47,186 bases of DNA from a virus. Lineage: Duplodnaviria > Caudoviricetes. Where the stretch lies: positions 1-47,186 of IMG/VR virus record IMGVR_UViG_3300011338_000292, one strand, 5' to 3'. Position numbers and translations under genes: made by a program. The notes under the pieces were generated by a model. The model was not told the DNA's origin. It saw only the letters and a program-made list of their open reading frames with translations, and did not search any database. Position 1 is the stretch's first letter; the number at the start of each line of letters is the position of its first letter. Of the stretch, positions 17,081 to 26,064 are shown in pieces.

Positions 17081-18912
17081 AAATATCACTAAGGTGGCCG
17101 TTCTCTGTGAGCAGAGATGAGCCGCAACAAATAGAAACGCCAGCTCCCGTAGAGCAAACGCCCACCGAGCAACCAGCCGACGCAGCTAATACCGACATGA
17201 TGCCACTAGCAATGGAGATGGGTATGATAGCTAGTGGTGGATGGGTGCAAGGCGGCTCATTTACACAGGGGTTCGATGGCGAAATGACACTTGGCGGCAT
17301 GGGTGCTCCTAAGACGTATGTTGTCAACTACCAGATGCTTCGCATACGCGCTAGGCAGATGTACTTGGAGAGCGACGTTGTACGGAACGCAGTCAACCGA
17401 CGCAAGATATGGGTAATTGGCAAGGGGCTGAAGTTGCAGTGCGAACCTAACACTAAGGTGCTGGAATCGTATGGCATAACGCTAGATGCCGAGAAATTCA
17501 ACGAAAAGGTAGAAGGTTGGTGGAAAGCCTACCAAAGCTCTAAGGCGGCTGATTACGCAGGTATGCGCACATTGGCGCAACTTACCGATGAGGCGTTCAA
17601 GGAAATGGACGTAGCCGGTGGCTTGCTAGTTGTACTACGTGTTATCAACGGCGTGGTGAAAGTGCAGCACATCGACATAGCCAGAGTGTGTACTCCGTAC
17701 TATTTCCCTATGGATGAGGACACGGGTAAGTACCAAGCTGGTTACGATTACAAGAACCCTGACAACGGAAATCGGGTGCGAAATGGCGTGGAGATAGACG
17801 ACGCAGGTCGCCACGTGGCATACTACGTTGTTACTGGCGTGGGGCTTACATACGACAGAATAGAAGCGAGAGGGCCAATGACAGGGCTAATATACGCCTA
17901 CGTGGTATACAGGGAGCTTAACGGTGTTGAGGACGTGACTGGTGTCGGTAAGTTCGTATCGACAATGGAAGCAGCTAGTATGTTGCAGCGTTACAACACT
18001 GCTGCTCTGGCTGGCGAGGAAGAACGAGTTAAGATACCTTACTTCTTCGAGCATGGCAACAGCAGTAAGCAGATAGACCCTATGCTGGCGCTGCGAGCTA
18101 GAGCCAATGCTGGTAACGCTGGCGTGGAGGGCTTTGGCAACGCAGCAGTAGGACTGCCTACCACAGCGTCAGCAGAGCAGCTTGCCAATAAGGTTGCTGC
18201 CTCTACAGACAAGATGGTATTCAACCTACCTAACGATGTGTCAATTAAAGCAATTCAGTCGGATCAGAACTCTAAGTTTAATGAGTTCGCTAATTTCCAG
18301 ACAGACAAAATAGCTAACGGTGCCGACATGCCACCTAACGTGCTGACAAGCAAGTATGATGGCTCATTCAGCAGCAGTCGCATGTCGGGTAAGGATTGGG
18401 AGCACACTTTCAGTTATTTGCGATTTGACATGGGCCAGCAATACATGGCACCAATCTACTGCTTGCAGGTATACATACTGGTGTTGCAGAACTACGTAGA
18501 TGCACCCGGCTTTGTGCGAGCCATACAGAATAGAAACGAAATATTGTGCGCAGCATACCTTCAGTGCAGATGGGAAGGAGATAAATTCCCTGACGTTGAC
18601 CAGCTCAAAACGGCTAAGTACCTTAGAGAGATGTTAGGCGACCAGTTCAAACACGTACCACTTATGACTATGGAGGCCGCGGCCGAAGAAGCAGGACAGG
18701 GGGATTACAACTCTATCATAGAACAGATAGCCAAGGAAAAAGTGAAAGTGGAGGGAGTTGGACTGGTACATGAAAGCAAAGTGCCTCCGCAGCAGGGTGG
18801 CACAGAGCCACCAGAGGAAAGTGAAGAGGAGGATGAGGGTGTGGGTGTGGATGAGGATGAGGATGAGGAAGATGATAAGGAAGTGGAAGATGATAAGGAA
18901 GTGGAAGATTAG
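17077..18912 (+). CDS. Portal protein, lambda family
   Basis: LRIRARQMY, VIGKGLKL, NRVRNGVEIDDAGRHVAYYV, SFSSSRM; long acidic C-terminal tail. Confidence 0.9.
   Translation: MKISLRWPFSVSRDEPQQIETPAPVEQTPTEQPADAANTDMMPLAMEMGMIASGGWVQGGSFTQGFDGEMTLGGMGAPKTYVVNYQMLRIRARQMYLESDVVRNAVNRRKIWVIGKGLKLQCEPNTKVLESYGITLDAEKFNEKVEGWWKAYQSSKAADYAGMRTLAQLTDEAFKEMDVAGGLLVVLRVINGVVKVQHIDIARVCTPYYFPMDEDTGKYQAGYDYKNPDNGNRVRNGVEIDDAGRHVAYYVVTGVGLTYDRIEARGPMTGLIYAYVVYRELNGVEDVTGVGKFVSTMEAASMLQRYNTAALAGEEERVKIPYFFEHGNSSKQIDPMLALRARANAGNAGVEGFGNAAVGLPTTASAEQLANKVAASTDKMVFNLPNDVSIKAIQSDQNSKFNEFANFQTDKIANGADMPPNVLTSKYDGSFSSSRMSGKDWEHTFSYLRFDMGQQYMAPIYCLQVYILVLQNYVDAPGFVRAIQNRNEILCAAYLQCRWEGDKFPDVDQLKTAKYLREMLGDQFKHVPLMTMEAAAEEAGQGDYNSIIEQIAKEKVKVEGVGLVHESKVPPQQGGTEPPEESEEEDEGVGVDEDEDEEDDKEVEDDKEVED
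18868..18909 (+). repeat. 18-bp tandem repeat (GAAGATGATAAGGAAGTG x2.3) in the portal acidic tail
   Basis: Direct reading; encodes EDDKEV repeats. Confidence 0.85.
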
Positions 18913-18914
18913 CA

Positions 18915-18945
18915 AAAAGGGTGTCATGTTTAGTGACACCCTTTT
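18915..18945. terminator. Bidirectional intrinsic terminator
   Basis: AAAAGGGTGTCA-TGTTTAG-TGACACCCTTTT between convergent genes. Confidence 0.85.
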
Positions 18946-18951
18946 AGTTTT

Positions 18952-19506
18952 TTAGCAACCATCGTTCCAGTGCCCTAGATAAAAACACACATCGTGCTTT
19001 CGGCCTTTACCGTCTTTTCGATAACACATTATTAAATCCAAAGTGTTGTCACAAAAACAACTTTCAACCAAGGTGACTACATCAAACTTGTCAGTAGTAA
19101 TCATCGTGCTAGATTTAATGACATCGTTTGTTCCTGCTTGCAGCACGAAAAGTAAAGCAGTAGGTTTAGCAACTCTTGCTGGCGGCGCATCTTTGCGCAA
19201 ATCTCGGCAAACTACTTTCGGATTAGCGCACACACCAGTTCTCCACTCGCCGTGAAACACATAGGAAGTGCCATCTGCCGCCGTGCAAATTATCAAGTCT
19301 TTGAACGACACCATCGTGTGCTCAGCATTAAACACTGAGGTGGGGGCTACCAAGTCCACAGAAACAAAGTCCTCTGGCTTTGACTTGGTAGGTTTCCCAT
19401 CGCCATAACGCTGCCGCAGCACTATGTAGTTGTCAGGGTCAACGGGGTGCATCGGGTGCTGCGGATGGTTCACGTCCAGCACGATGAATTGTGTTTGTTT
19501 GCTCAT
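18952..19506 (-). CDS. Hypothetical protein (184 aa)
   Basis: Long ATG ORF ending at the bidirectional terminator. Confidence 0.7.
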   Translation of the reverse strand: MSKQTQFIVLDVNHPQHPMHPVDPDNYIVLRQRYGDGKPTKSKPEDFVSVDLVAPTSVFNAEHTMVSFKDLIICTAADGTSYVFHGEWRTGVCANPKVVCRDLRKDAPPARVAKPTALLFVLQAGTNDVIKSSTMITTDKFDVVTLVESCFCDNTLDLIMCYRKDGKGRKHDVCFYLGHWNDGC

Positions 19507-19628
19507 AACCTAGTTTTTAAAAGTGTAAGTAAATCAATTATTGTGGATGCCGACACGGCGACGACCACACCGACAGCAAGCCGTGTCGCTATCCAAGCTA
19601 TCGGGTTTTCTTTAATTCTTCTAGGCAT
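19503..19628 (-). CDS. Small membrane protein (41 aa, MPRRIKENPIAWIATRLAVGVVVAVSASTIIDLLTLLKTRL); not in ORF track
   Basis: Hand translation. It fills the gap exactly, overlaps the upstream stop and couples to the next gene by ATGA. Confidence 0.6.
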   Translation of the reverse strand: MPRRIKENPIAWIATRLAVGVVVAVSASTIIDLLTLLKTRL

Positions 19629-20277
19629 GGCGGTGCAGGTAGTCAAGCGTTTGGAAAATAACAGCAACTACCAAGCCTCCCATTGCCATCCAGATAATTT
19701 GCTCGGCTAGCAAGTTGGCAGGCTCAGTTACTTCCAGTTCTACCTTCTCGTCATTTACGTTCGGGGGCAGGTTCTCGGCATGGTATATCGGCATGTCTAG
19801 GCACACAGCCACCGTGATTTCCAGCCTTGCACCCTTTGACTGCTCTGCGCCAGGTAGCACGAATACCGCATCGCAATCAAGCATAAGAGTGGTTATGTCC
19901 TGCTCCATATACTCAATCCACTCTAGTGCAGGGCCAGACGGTTTCAAGGGGTTAAATACTTTGTAGCCCAAGTTACGGCACAGTTCTTCGGCACGTGAAA
20001 AGGCAAGCGTAGCCTCTGTAATGTCAAGACCAGAGATAGGGCCACTTATGTAGATTGTCCTGCCTGCTCGTTCGGGTATCTGCCTACGCTGCTCCCTGCG
20101 GAGATACCACACAGCTTTGTCAATGTCTGCGTGCTTAGTGCCTTTGAGATGGGCACGGCATGCGTACTTAACGGCATTACCCGTGTTGAAATTAAGACCT
20201 AACATTTCTATAAGGTCAATCGGTTGCTTCGTGCCAGCGCGGTAGTGCGCGGGGTTGGTTACGTTCGTGAATTGCAT
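19621..20277 (-). CDS. DUF3310-like + DUF4406-like fusion with C-terminal hydrophobic helix
   Basis: VTNPAHY...FNTGNAVKYACRAHLKG...DIDKAVWYL (DUF3310 pattern); IYISGPISG...CDAVFVLPGAEQSKGARLE (DUF4406/nucleoside deoxyribosyltransferase-like); IIWMAMGGLVVAVIF. Confidence 0.75.
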   Translation of the reverse strand: MQFTNVTNPAHYRAGTKQPIDLIEMLGLNFNTGNAVKYACRAHLKGTKHADIDKAVWYLRREQRRQIPERAGRTIYISGPISGLDITEATLAFSRAEELCRNLGYKVFNPLKPSGPALEWIEYMEQDITTLMLDCDAVFVLPGAEQSKGARLEITVAVCLDMPIYHAENLPPNVNDEKVELEVTEPANLLAEQIIWMAMGGLVVAVIFQTLDYLHRHA

Positions 20278-20302
20278 AATATTATTTGTTTTTAAGAGCT
20301 AA

Positions 20303-20533
20303 TTATTCGTCATCACCGAGGATAAATTGGCAGATAGCACTGGTGACACCTTGGCAATCAGCCACGTAGCTTTCTACGCTTACATAGTCTGCATAGTCGC
20401 CCATGTCAATGTGTATCATACGAGAAGTCACCTTGATGCTGGCAGGCTTTATCTGCCTAACTTCTATAAGCCTCTGTAGGTCGTACACGTCGTTTTCTGT
20501 CTTATCCTTGGGTATCTTTACTGAGATTTTCAT
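20303..20533 (-). CDS. Hypothetical protein (76 aa)
   Basis: ATG ORF in the leftward operon. Confidence 0.65.
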   Translation of the reverse strand: MKISVKIPKDKTENDVYDLQRLIEVRQIKPASIKVTSRMIHIDMGDYADYVSVESYVADCQGVTSAICQFILGDDE

Positions 20534-20536
20534 AAT

Positions 20537-20878
20537 CTAAAATTCGTTTATGTGGTTAACTACTTTACTAGCTATGCTTGCTACAAACCTCTCTTGGTGA
20601 AAAGTGTAGCATTTGTTGAATCGCTCCTTGTAGACAGCAGGCAACACTACTACTAGGCGAATTGCATCTTTGCGTGACCGGTAGGAACGCTCCTTAGTTA
20701 CGTTGCCACGTAAGGGTACATGCTGTTGTAACTTGCCGTGTACGCTGTTTATCTCCTTGGCTACAACTGTACGTACCAACGTGCTAATTGGCATCACCAT
20801 CTGAGCCTCTATCTCTGCAATGGCGTAGGACAAGTTGGCTGGTATGTACACCGAGAGGCGGTAGTTAGTTTTTATCAT
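20537..20878 (-). CDS. Putative ribbon-helix-helix-like DNA-binding protein
   Basis: YRLSVYIPANLSYAI..ISTLVRTVV strand-helix-helix pattern, echoed by IRLVVVLPAVYKERF; first gene of the operon. Confidence 0.45.
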   Translation of the reverse strand: MIKTNYRLSVYIPANLSYAIAEIEAQMVMPISTLVRTVVAKEINSVHGKLQQHVPLRGNVTKERSYRSRKDAIRLVVVLPAVYKERFNKCYTFHQERFVASIASKVVNHINEF

Positions 20879-20896
20879 TTGTATCTATCTCAACAA

Positions 20897-20965
20897 CAAA
20901 TGTAGAACAACTTTGTGAATAAAAACCCAATACGATAAAATTATTTTATACCCTGTCTACATTTG
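20897..20965. promoter_or_regulatory. Divergent promoter pair (leftward accessory operon / rightward head operon)
   Basis: TACATTTG on the minus strand (20904-20897) and on the plus strand (20958-20965). Confidence 0.65.
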
Positions 20966-21009
20966 GTACACTTTCTGGTAACAACCATTCACGTAACAAC
21001 ACGTACAAC

Positions 21010-21531
21010 ATGAAGAACTTTCTTTTTATCACAATGCTGTTAATGCTTGGCTTATGCGCCAATGCTCAAAATGTCAACGTATCGCCGAACATCTACACAG
21101 GGCAGATGCTAAACCCTGCCAAGACCTACGGCACAAAAGCTGACACAGCGACTAACACAACTGCGCTGCCTCTGCACGTTGTTCGTGTTAACTCGGCAGC
21201 TACTAAGGGGTACAACACTCCTGTTGTGGTTGATGGCCACATGTCGTTCTTAGCATCTTGTACAAAGATAACTGGTACGCTAACTGGCACAGTATCTTTG
21301 GAGCAGTCATTCGATTCTACTACGTGGGCACCATACACGGTAATTAACTCTGCTGACACAGGTATGATTCCACTGTCTTATGCAATTACTGACGTGAGCA
21401 CTACACAGCTTGTTACGTTCAACTTACCATCTATACCTGCTGCGCCATATTGGCGTATTGTGTACAGAGGTGTTGGTACGGCGACAAGTCGCTGGTTGGC
21501 ATACGTTTGTGTTAAAAAATCAACTAAGTAA
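21010..21531 (+). CDS. Exported beta-sandwich protein at the start of the head operon (Sec signal peptide)
   Basis: MKNFLFITMLLMLGLCANA|Q; jelly-roll-like GTVSLEQSFDSTTW...YWRIVY. Confidence 0.75.
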   Translation: MKNFLFITMLLMLGLCANAQNVNVSPNIYTGQMLNPAKTYGTKADTATNTTALPLHVVRVNSAATKGYNTPVVVDGHMSFLASCTKITGTLTGTVSLEQSFDSTTWAPYTVINSADTGMIPLSYAITDVSTTQLVTFNLPSIPAAPYWRIVYRGVGTATSRWLAYVCVKKSTK

Positions 21532-21558
21532 TCACAGCCCTTATATACCCATCTATCA

Positions 21559-22779
21559 ATGCAACTGACAGGATTATTAAGCATCTACAACAAGCCTTGG
21601 CTCATCGAGCCTAACGCTGCTGTGCAGATGCTTGAACTGTTCAACAGCATTAAAGCCGGTGAAGATGATTTCAAGCCTGAGCAAGTTAAGGTGGTATCGG
21701 TACTGACTGGTATGAGTGGCGTTATGGTTGCTCCGCAGTCAACGTGGGAGATGCGTGATTTTCAAGGGTTTGCTGGTGCTGAAACGGTAGTAATACCAAT
21801 GTCAGGGCCGTTAATGAAAAGTGACTATTGCGGTGCGCTAGGCACAGCTAGTATACGTTCTTTATTTGCTGCTGCTGAGGCTGAAAGCTCTGTTAAGAAT
21901 ATCATACTTGCTGTCGATTCACCTGGCGGCACAGTAGACGGCACTGAGGGGTTTGCAGGGCAAATAGCCGCATCTACTAAGCGCACAATATGTGCTGTGG
22001 ATGGTATGTGCGCAAGTGCCGCAATGTGGATTGGTTCATCTTGCGATGAGATGTACGCCACTAGCCAAACAGACTTCGTAGGCAGCATCGGCACGATGGT
22101 GTCAATGACTGATAACTCAGAGGCGATGAAGTCAAGAGGTGTTGTGCTGCGTGAGTATTACGCTACTGCCTCTACAGATAAAAACAAAGTATTCCAAGAG
22201 GCGCGGGATGGTAATGGCAAGGCGTTAATTAGCGAAGTGCTTGATCCTATCAACGATGTGTTCATGGCTACCGTGACTGCTAACAGAGGCGGTAAGTTAG
22301 ATCCATCTACGCTGACTGGCAAGATGTATCCTGCGCAAGCCGCAGTAGAACTAGGACTGCTTGATGGCATCATGCCAATGGAGCAGATAATATCAAAATG
22401 TAAAATTTCTAATAATTACACGTATATGACCGCAGAACAAATTAAAGCCGCCCATCCCGAAGCGTATAACGCAATCGTAGCTACTGGTATATCTCAGGAG
22501 CGTGAGAGAGTTAACACTTTTCTTGCTTTCCATTCTGCCGATGCAGAAACAGTAATAGGCAAGATAAAGTCAGGTGAGTCTGTTACCTCGGCGTTCCAAG
22601 CTGAAATGGTAGTTAAGCTGACCAACAAAAACACGCTTGCTGCTGTGGTTGCAGACAGTCCTGCTCCAGTTGGTGCAGTATCTCCTGCGGTAACTGCTAC
22701 AGAAACTCCTGCTAATGGCGAGTTAACGCCCGCACAGTTGGAAGCGCAAGTGAAAAAACTAATGCAAGACTACAACTAA
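21559..22779 (+). CDS. Head maturation protease, S49 family (lambda gpC-like), with C-terminal scaffold region
   Basis: PWLIEP, VDSPGGTVDG, CASAAMWIGS, VGSIGT, AVELGLLDGI. Confidence 0.9.
   Translation: MQLTGLLSIYNKPWLIEPNAAVQMLELFNSIKAGEDDFKPEQVKVVSVLTGMSGVMVAPQSTWEMRDFQGFAGAETVVIPMSGPLMKSDYCGALGTASIRSLFAAAEAESSVKNIILAVDSPGGTVDGTEGFAGQIAASTKRTICAVDGMCASAAMWIGSSCDEMYATSQTDFVGSIGTMVSMTDNSEAMKSRGVVLREYYATASTDKNKVFQEARDGNGKALISEVLDPINDVFMATVTANRGGKLDPSTLTGKMYPAQAAVELGLLDGIMPMEQIISKCKISNNYTYMTAEQIKAAHPEAYNAIVATGISQERERVNTFLAFHSADAETVIGKIKSGESVTSAFQAEMVVKLTNKNTLAAVVADSPAPVGAVSPAVTATETPANGELTPAQLEAQVKKLMQDYN
22426..22779 (+). CDS. Nested in-frame scaffolding protein (Nu3-like)
   Basis: In-frame ATG 22426 (MTAEQIKAAHPEAY...QERERV) preceded by an AT-rich leader AAAATTTCTAATAATTACACGTAT within otherwise normal coding sequence. 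Confidence 0.6.
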   Translation: MTAEQIKAAHPEAYNAIVATGISQERERVNTFLAFHSADAETVIGKIKSGESVTSAFQAEMVVKLTNKNTLAAVVADSPAPVGAVSPAVTATETPANGELTPAQLEAQVKKLMQDYN

Positions 22780-22794
22780 TGCAAGACTACAACT
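22761..22794 (+). repeat. 17-bp tandem duplication AATGCAAGACTACAACT x2 spanning the protease stop
   Basis: Direct reading. Confidence 0.9.
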
Positions 22795-22846
22795 AAGGTT
22801 GTGGCATCAAGACACAATAATTCTTAACTAAGTAAAATTTACCAAT

Positions 22847-23284
22847 ATGCCAAGCGCACCTGGAATATTAACGACCAATTATAATTACGAGCAGTTATTC
22901 ATAGGCAGAAACCTATACAACTTTGCCACGTACACTAACAGCACTGGTAGTGAAGTGACTATCCCGATGGGCAGGCTCATCGGTCGTGTGTTGGCTACCG
23001 ACAAGGTGCTACCGCAAGTAGCTTCTGCGACAGATGGCTCTGAGCAGCCAATCGGCATAGTGCAGGAATCTGTAACTGTTGCGGACGGCGAAAGCATCAC
23101 GTTGTCTTACTGCTATGCAGGTGACATAAATCAGAACGCAGTAATATTCAACACTGGTGAAACACTAGCAACAGTCGTTCGCACGGCGGCAACTGGTGGT
23201 GGTACTTTGGGCGACTTGATTACACGTAACACAACGTTGAATCTGTACGACACAATACAAATCGCAGCTTACGACAACCAATAG
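22847..23284 (+). CDS. Head decoration protein (lambda gpD-like)
   Basis: IPMGRLIGR...ATDGSEQPIGI...YAGDINQNAV, located between protease and major capsid protein. Confidence 0.8.
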   Translation: MPSAPGILTTNYNYEQLFIGRNLYNFATYTNSTGSEVTIPMGRLIGRVLATDKVLPQVASATDGSEQPIGIVQESVTVADGESITLSYCYAGDINQNAVIFNTGETLATVVRTAATGGGTLGDLITRNTTLNLYDTIQIAAYDNQ

Positions 23285-23333
23285 TGTTGTCGTTTGCTTC
23301 ATCTTTTTCTATAACTAAGTAAATCTATAAAAC

Positions 23334-24407
23334 ATGGCCGGACTTATTCCAGCAACGCAGGCCAGCCCTGCGTTAACCATTGCGGTGAAGGCCCGCTTAG
23401 ACGACCTTCAGAACATTAAGGTCAACAACTTTGCTCGTGCCTACTACAACGTGGTTGAGAGTAAGGAACGTTATCCTGCGGCTGAAGTGCGCAGAGGTAC
23501 TGAGTATTCTGCGGTAGACTTGCCACGTGGCCACCAAGGTACACGCGTACAGGCTACTAAGTTTACCCAAAAGGCGTATGATCCGTTTTATTACAAGTTG
23601 TTTACTGACGCAACTGAGCAGGAAGGTTACTTCCGCATCTTCGGCAGCAACAGCTTCAATATCAACGACGTACCTGGTGTAGCCAACGGTATCGCAGTAG
23701 AGCTGAAGTCAATGAAAGACATGATTGACAGAACTGTTGAGCGTCAGTGCATGGAAATCTTTGAATTTGGCACTGTAACTTCGCTTCGTGCTGGTGTACC
23801 TGCAATAGACTTCTATCGTAAAGCAGGGTCGTTCATGGACAAAGGTGCTGGTTTCTATTGGGATGTAACAGGCTCAAACCCGTTCACCGATATGAGAGAA
23901 GGTTGTCAGTGGATGAGGGAGAACGGTAAAGTAAGTTCATATCGTTTCGAGGCTGTGTTCGGCATCGACGCGTGGGTTGCTTTCCGCGAGAACTCTGTTG
24001 TGGTTGACCGCCTAAAGCAATTCAACAACCGTCGTGATACAGTTGCGCCAAGTCGCCTAGAAGCTACTGGAGCAGTATACCAAGGTTCGTTCGATATGGA
24101 CGCATACATGATTGATGTGTACACATACTCTGATGTGTTTGAGAACACAGACGGTTCTTACACGCAGTACATGAACCCTAAGAAGGTGTACATCCTGCCT
24201 CCTAACCCAATGAACACTTTGTTCTATGCTGCTGTGCCACAGGTGCAGACTAACTTAAACACTGCAAACCTTATGGTAGGACAGTACTTCTACAAGGATT
24301 TTATGAATCCTGAGATGGGCTACCACAGATTCTATATCGAATCTTCTCCGATACCAGTACCAGTAGGTGTTGACCAGATGTTTACCATCACTTGTTTGGG
24401 CGTGTAA
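23334..24407 (+). CDS. Major capsid protein (lambda gpE family)
   Basis: 357 aa; IDRTVERQCMEIFEFG, IDFYR, WD...NPFTDM, C-terminal IESSPIPVP. Confidence 0.9.
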   Translation: MAGLIPATQASPALTIAVKARLDDLQNIKVNNFARAYYNVVESKERYPAAEVRRGTEYSAVDLPRGHQGTRVQATKFTQKAYDPFYYKLFTDATEQEGYFRIFGSNSFNINDVPGVANGIAVELKSMKDMIDRTVERQCMEIFEFGTVTSLRAGVPAIDFYRKAGSFMDKGAGFYWDVTGSNPFTDMREGCQWMRENGKVSSYRFEAVFGIDAWVAFRENSVVVDRLKQFNNRRDTVAPSRLEATGAVYQGSFDMDAYMIDVYTYSDVFENTDGSYTQYMNPKKVYILPPNPMNTLFYAAVPQVQTNLNTANLMVGQYFYKDFMNPEMGYHRFYIESSPIPVPVGVDQMFTITCLGV

Positions 24408-24435
24408 ACAACAGAAATAAAATAGCTTGATAACC

Positions 24436-24465
24436 AAAAAGCCGCTACGCAAGTGGCGGCTTTTT
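24436..24465 (+). terminator. Intrinsic terminator after the major capsid gene
   Basis: AAAAAGCCGCTAC-GCAA-GTGGCGGCTTTTT (GNRA loop). Confidence 0.88.
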
Positions 24466-24478
24466 AAATACTTAAAAC

Positions 24479-24673
24479 ATGGCAAACATTTATGTCGTTG
24501 CTGTTAAATCAGTAACTTTGGCTTCGGGTACATATCGCCAAGGCGACGAGATACCAGAGCACAAAATTAAACACCTAGCAGAGCTGCTAGAAAGCAAGGC
24601 AATAACATTAAAAACCGCTATTGTAGCACCTGCTGCGCCAGTAAGCACAAAGCCGAAACCAGATGGAAAATAA
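24479..24673 (+). CDS. Small head-accessory protein (gpFI/gp35-position)
   Basis: YRQGDEI...LAELLESKAI small domain with a Pro/Ala/Lys tail, after the major capsid gene. Confidence 0.6.
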   Translation: MANIYVVAVKSVTLASGTYRQGDEIPEHKIKHLAELLESKAITLKTAIVAPAAPVSTKPKPDGK

Positions 24674-25049
24674 CAAAAATTACATCGTAATTGCTGCCCA
24701 CTGCAACGTGGCTCACAGACGTGAACGCCTTAAACGTGGCGACATTAAGCCCGCCTCTTACTTCGAGGTTGACCAACTTAACCGTTTGGTTGCAGGTAAG
24801 TACTTAGCCGTGCATACTGGTGAGGGTGCAACAGTTGTACCTGAAGTACCTGAAGTACCTGAAGTACCTGAAGTACCTGAAGTACCTAAAGTACCTGAAG
24901 TACCTGCCACAGAGCCAACTAAGTTCGATGCTGAAAAAGCAACGGTTGCAGAACTCAAAATTGAGTTGACAAGACTTAACATACCCTTTACTGCTTCGGC
25001 TTTAAAAAGTGACTTAGTAAAAGCATACAACGACAGCTTCCTGCAATAA
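24663..25049 (+). CDS. Head-accessory protein with (VPE)n linker and C-terminal HeH/SAP-like domain
   Basis: LKRGDI...LNRLVAGKYL domain, VPE repeats, ATVAELKIELTRLNIPFTASALKSDLV. Confidence 0.65.
   Translation: MENNKNYIVIAAHCNVAHRRERLKRGDIKPASYFEVDQLNRLVAGKYLAVHTGEGATVVPEVPEVPEVPEVPEVPKVPEVPATEPTKFDAEKATVAELKIELTRLNIPFTASALKSDLVKAYNDSFLQ
24837..24905 (+). repeat. 9-bp coding tandem repeat GTACCTGAA (~7.7 copies)
   Basis: Direct reading; one copy is GTACCTAAA. Confidence 0.95.
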
Positions 25050-25747
25050 TGAATATAATCGAGGACATACGTAGCACGACTAGAGATATACTCAGTGACA
25101 CTGCCACAGGCTTTGGCACCGAGTGTATCTTCAGTGTTACGTCTGGCGTAACGGTTGTATCGGTTACATGTGGCGCGGTGTGTGTAAAACACAACTTGTC
25201 GTTCGACGATATGGGCGCACCAGTCAACAGTCCCACAGTGCGTGTTACAGTTAGTGAGTTGACACTAGCAGCCCTAGACTACCCTGTGCGCAACACGTCC
25301 AATGCTGTTGCGCTAAAGGGCCACAGAGTTACCTTTTCTGACCTTACTGGTGAGCAGGCAACCTACGTGGTGTCAGAGCAGTTCCCAAATGCGCAGACAG
25401 GCGTTATTCGCCTCCAGATGGCAAGCTACAGACTGCCAACGCCACCAGGCAGATTGATAATTGGGTGGATTGTAGGGGCGGTAAAAATACAAATTGTTGC
25501 AGTACCTAACGGTACAACACAAACACTAGCAAATGGCGACGTGATACCACTCCAGTACGCGCTTAACGGTAACGGCTCACTGACGATACCTGGCATAGCA
25601 GGTTACAATGTTTTGACACCATTTATGTTGTCGAACTTTCCAATTCAAGACATGCCTTACACACTAGCTACAGGAACATTCAACTACAAATTCACTGTAG
25701 GTAGGGAAGCTGCGGTCAATGTCAGCCTACCTCTCTACGCAGACTAA
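25049..25747 (+). CDS. Head-tail joining/closure protein (gpFII-like N-terminus) with extra C-terminal beta domain
   Basis: Synteny; the first ~125 aa form a beta-barrel-like domain ending YVVSEQFPNAQTGVIRLQM, followed by a ~100-aa extension. Confidence 0.5.
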   Translation: MNIIEDIRSTTRDILSDTATGFGTECIFSVTSGVTVVSVTCGAVCVKHNLSFDDMGAPVNSPTVRVTVSELTLAALDYPVRNTSNAVALKGHRVTFSDLTGEQATYVVSEQFPNAQTGVIRLQMASYRLPTPPGRLIIGWIVGAVKIQIVAVPNGTTQTLANGDVIPLQYALNGNGSLTIPGIAGYNVLTPFMLSNFPIQDMPYTLATGTFNYKFTVGREAAVNVSLPLYAD

Positions 25748-25753
25748 CATTTT

Positions 25754-26062
25754 ATGAAAAGAATAGTATTCTCACTTACGCTGGTGCTACTTAGCAGCGT
25801 GGCAATGAGCCAATCAATACAAGTAGGAACCGACAAGTATGTAACCATCAACGGGCAAAATTACCCAAGGGGCTACTTGCTGTCCGTGTATAACTACGAG
25901 GGGCCAGATAGTACACTGGCCATCTTGTTTGCAAACACTAGAACCTTCCTTATCAAGCCTACAAACAATGTGTTATACAAATACGTAGATAGTTCCAATG
26001 CGCCGGCAGTTAACATGCTTGTGCTCCGTGCTTGGATGAACGCAAACTTTGAAAACAAATAG
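25754..26062 (+). CDS. Small exported protein in the neck gene cluster (Sec signal peptide)
   Basis: MKRIVFSLTLVLLSSVAMS|Q; tightly packed between two neck genes. Confidence 0.75.
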   Translation: MKRIVFSLTLVLLSSVAMSQSIQVGTDKYVTINGQNYPRGYLLSVYNYEGPDSTLAILFANTRTFLIKPTNNVLYKYVDSSNAPAVNMLVLRAWMNANFENK

Positions 26063-26064
26063 AC

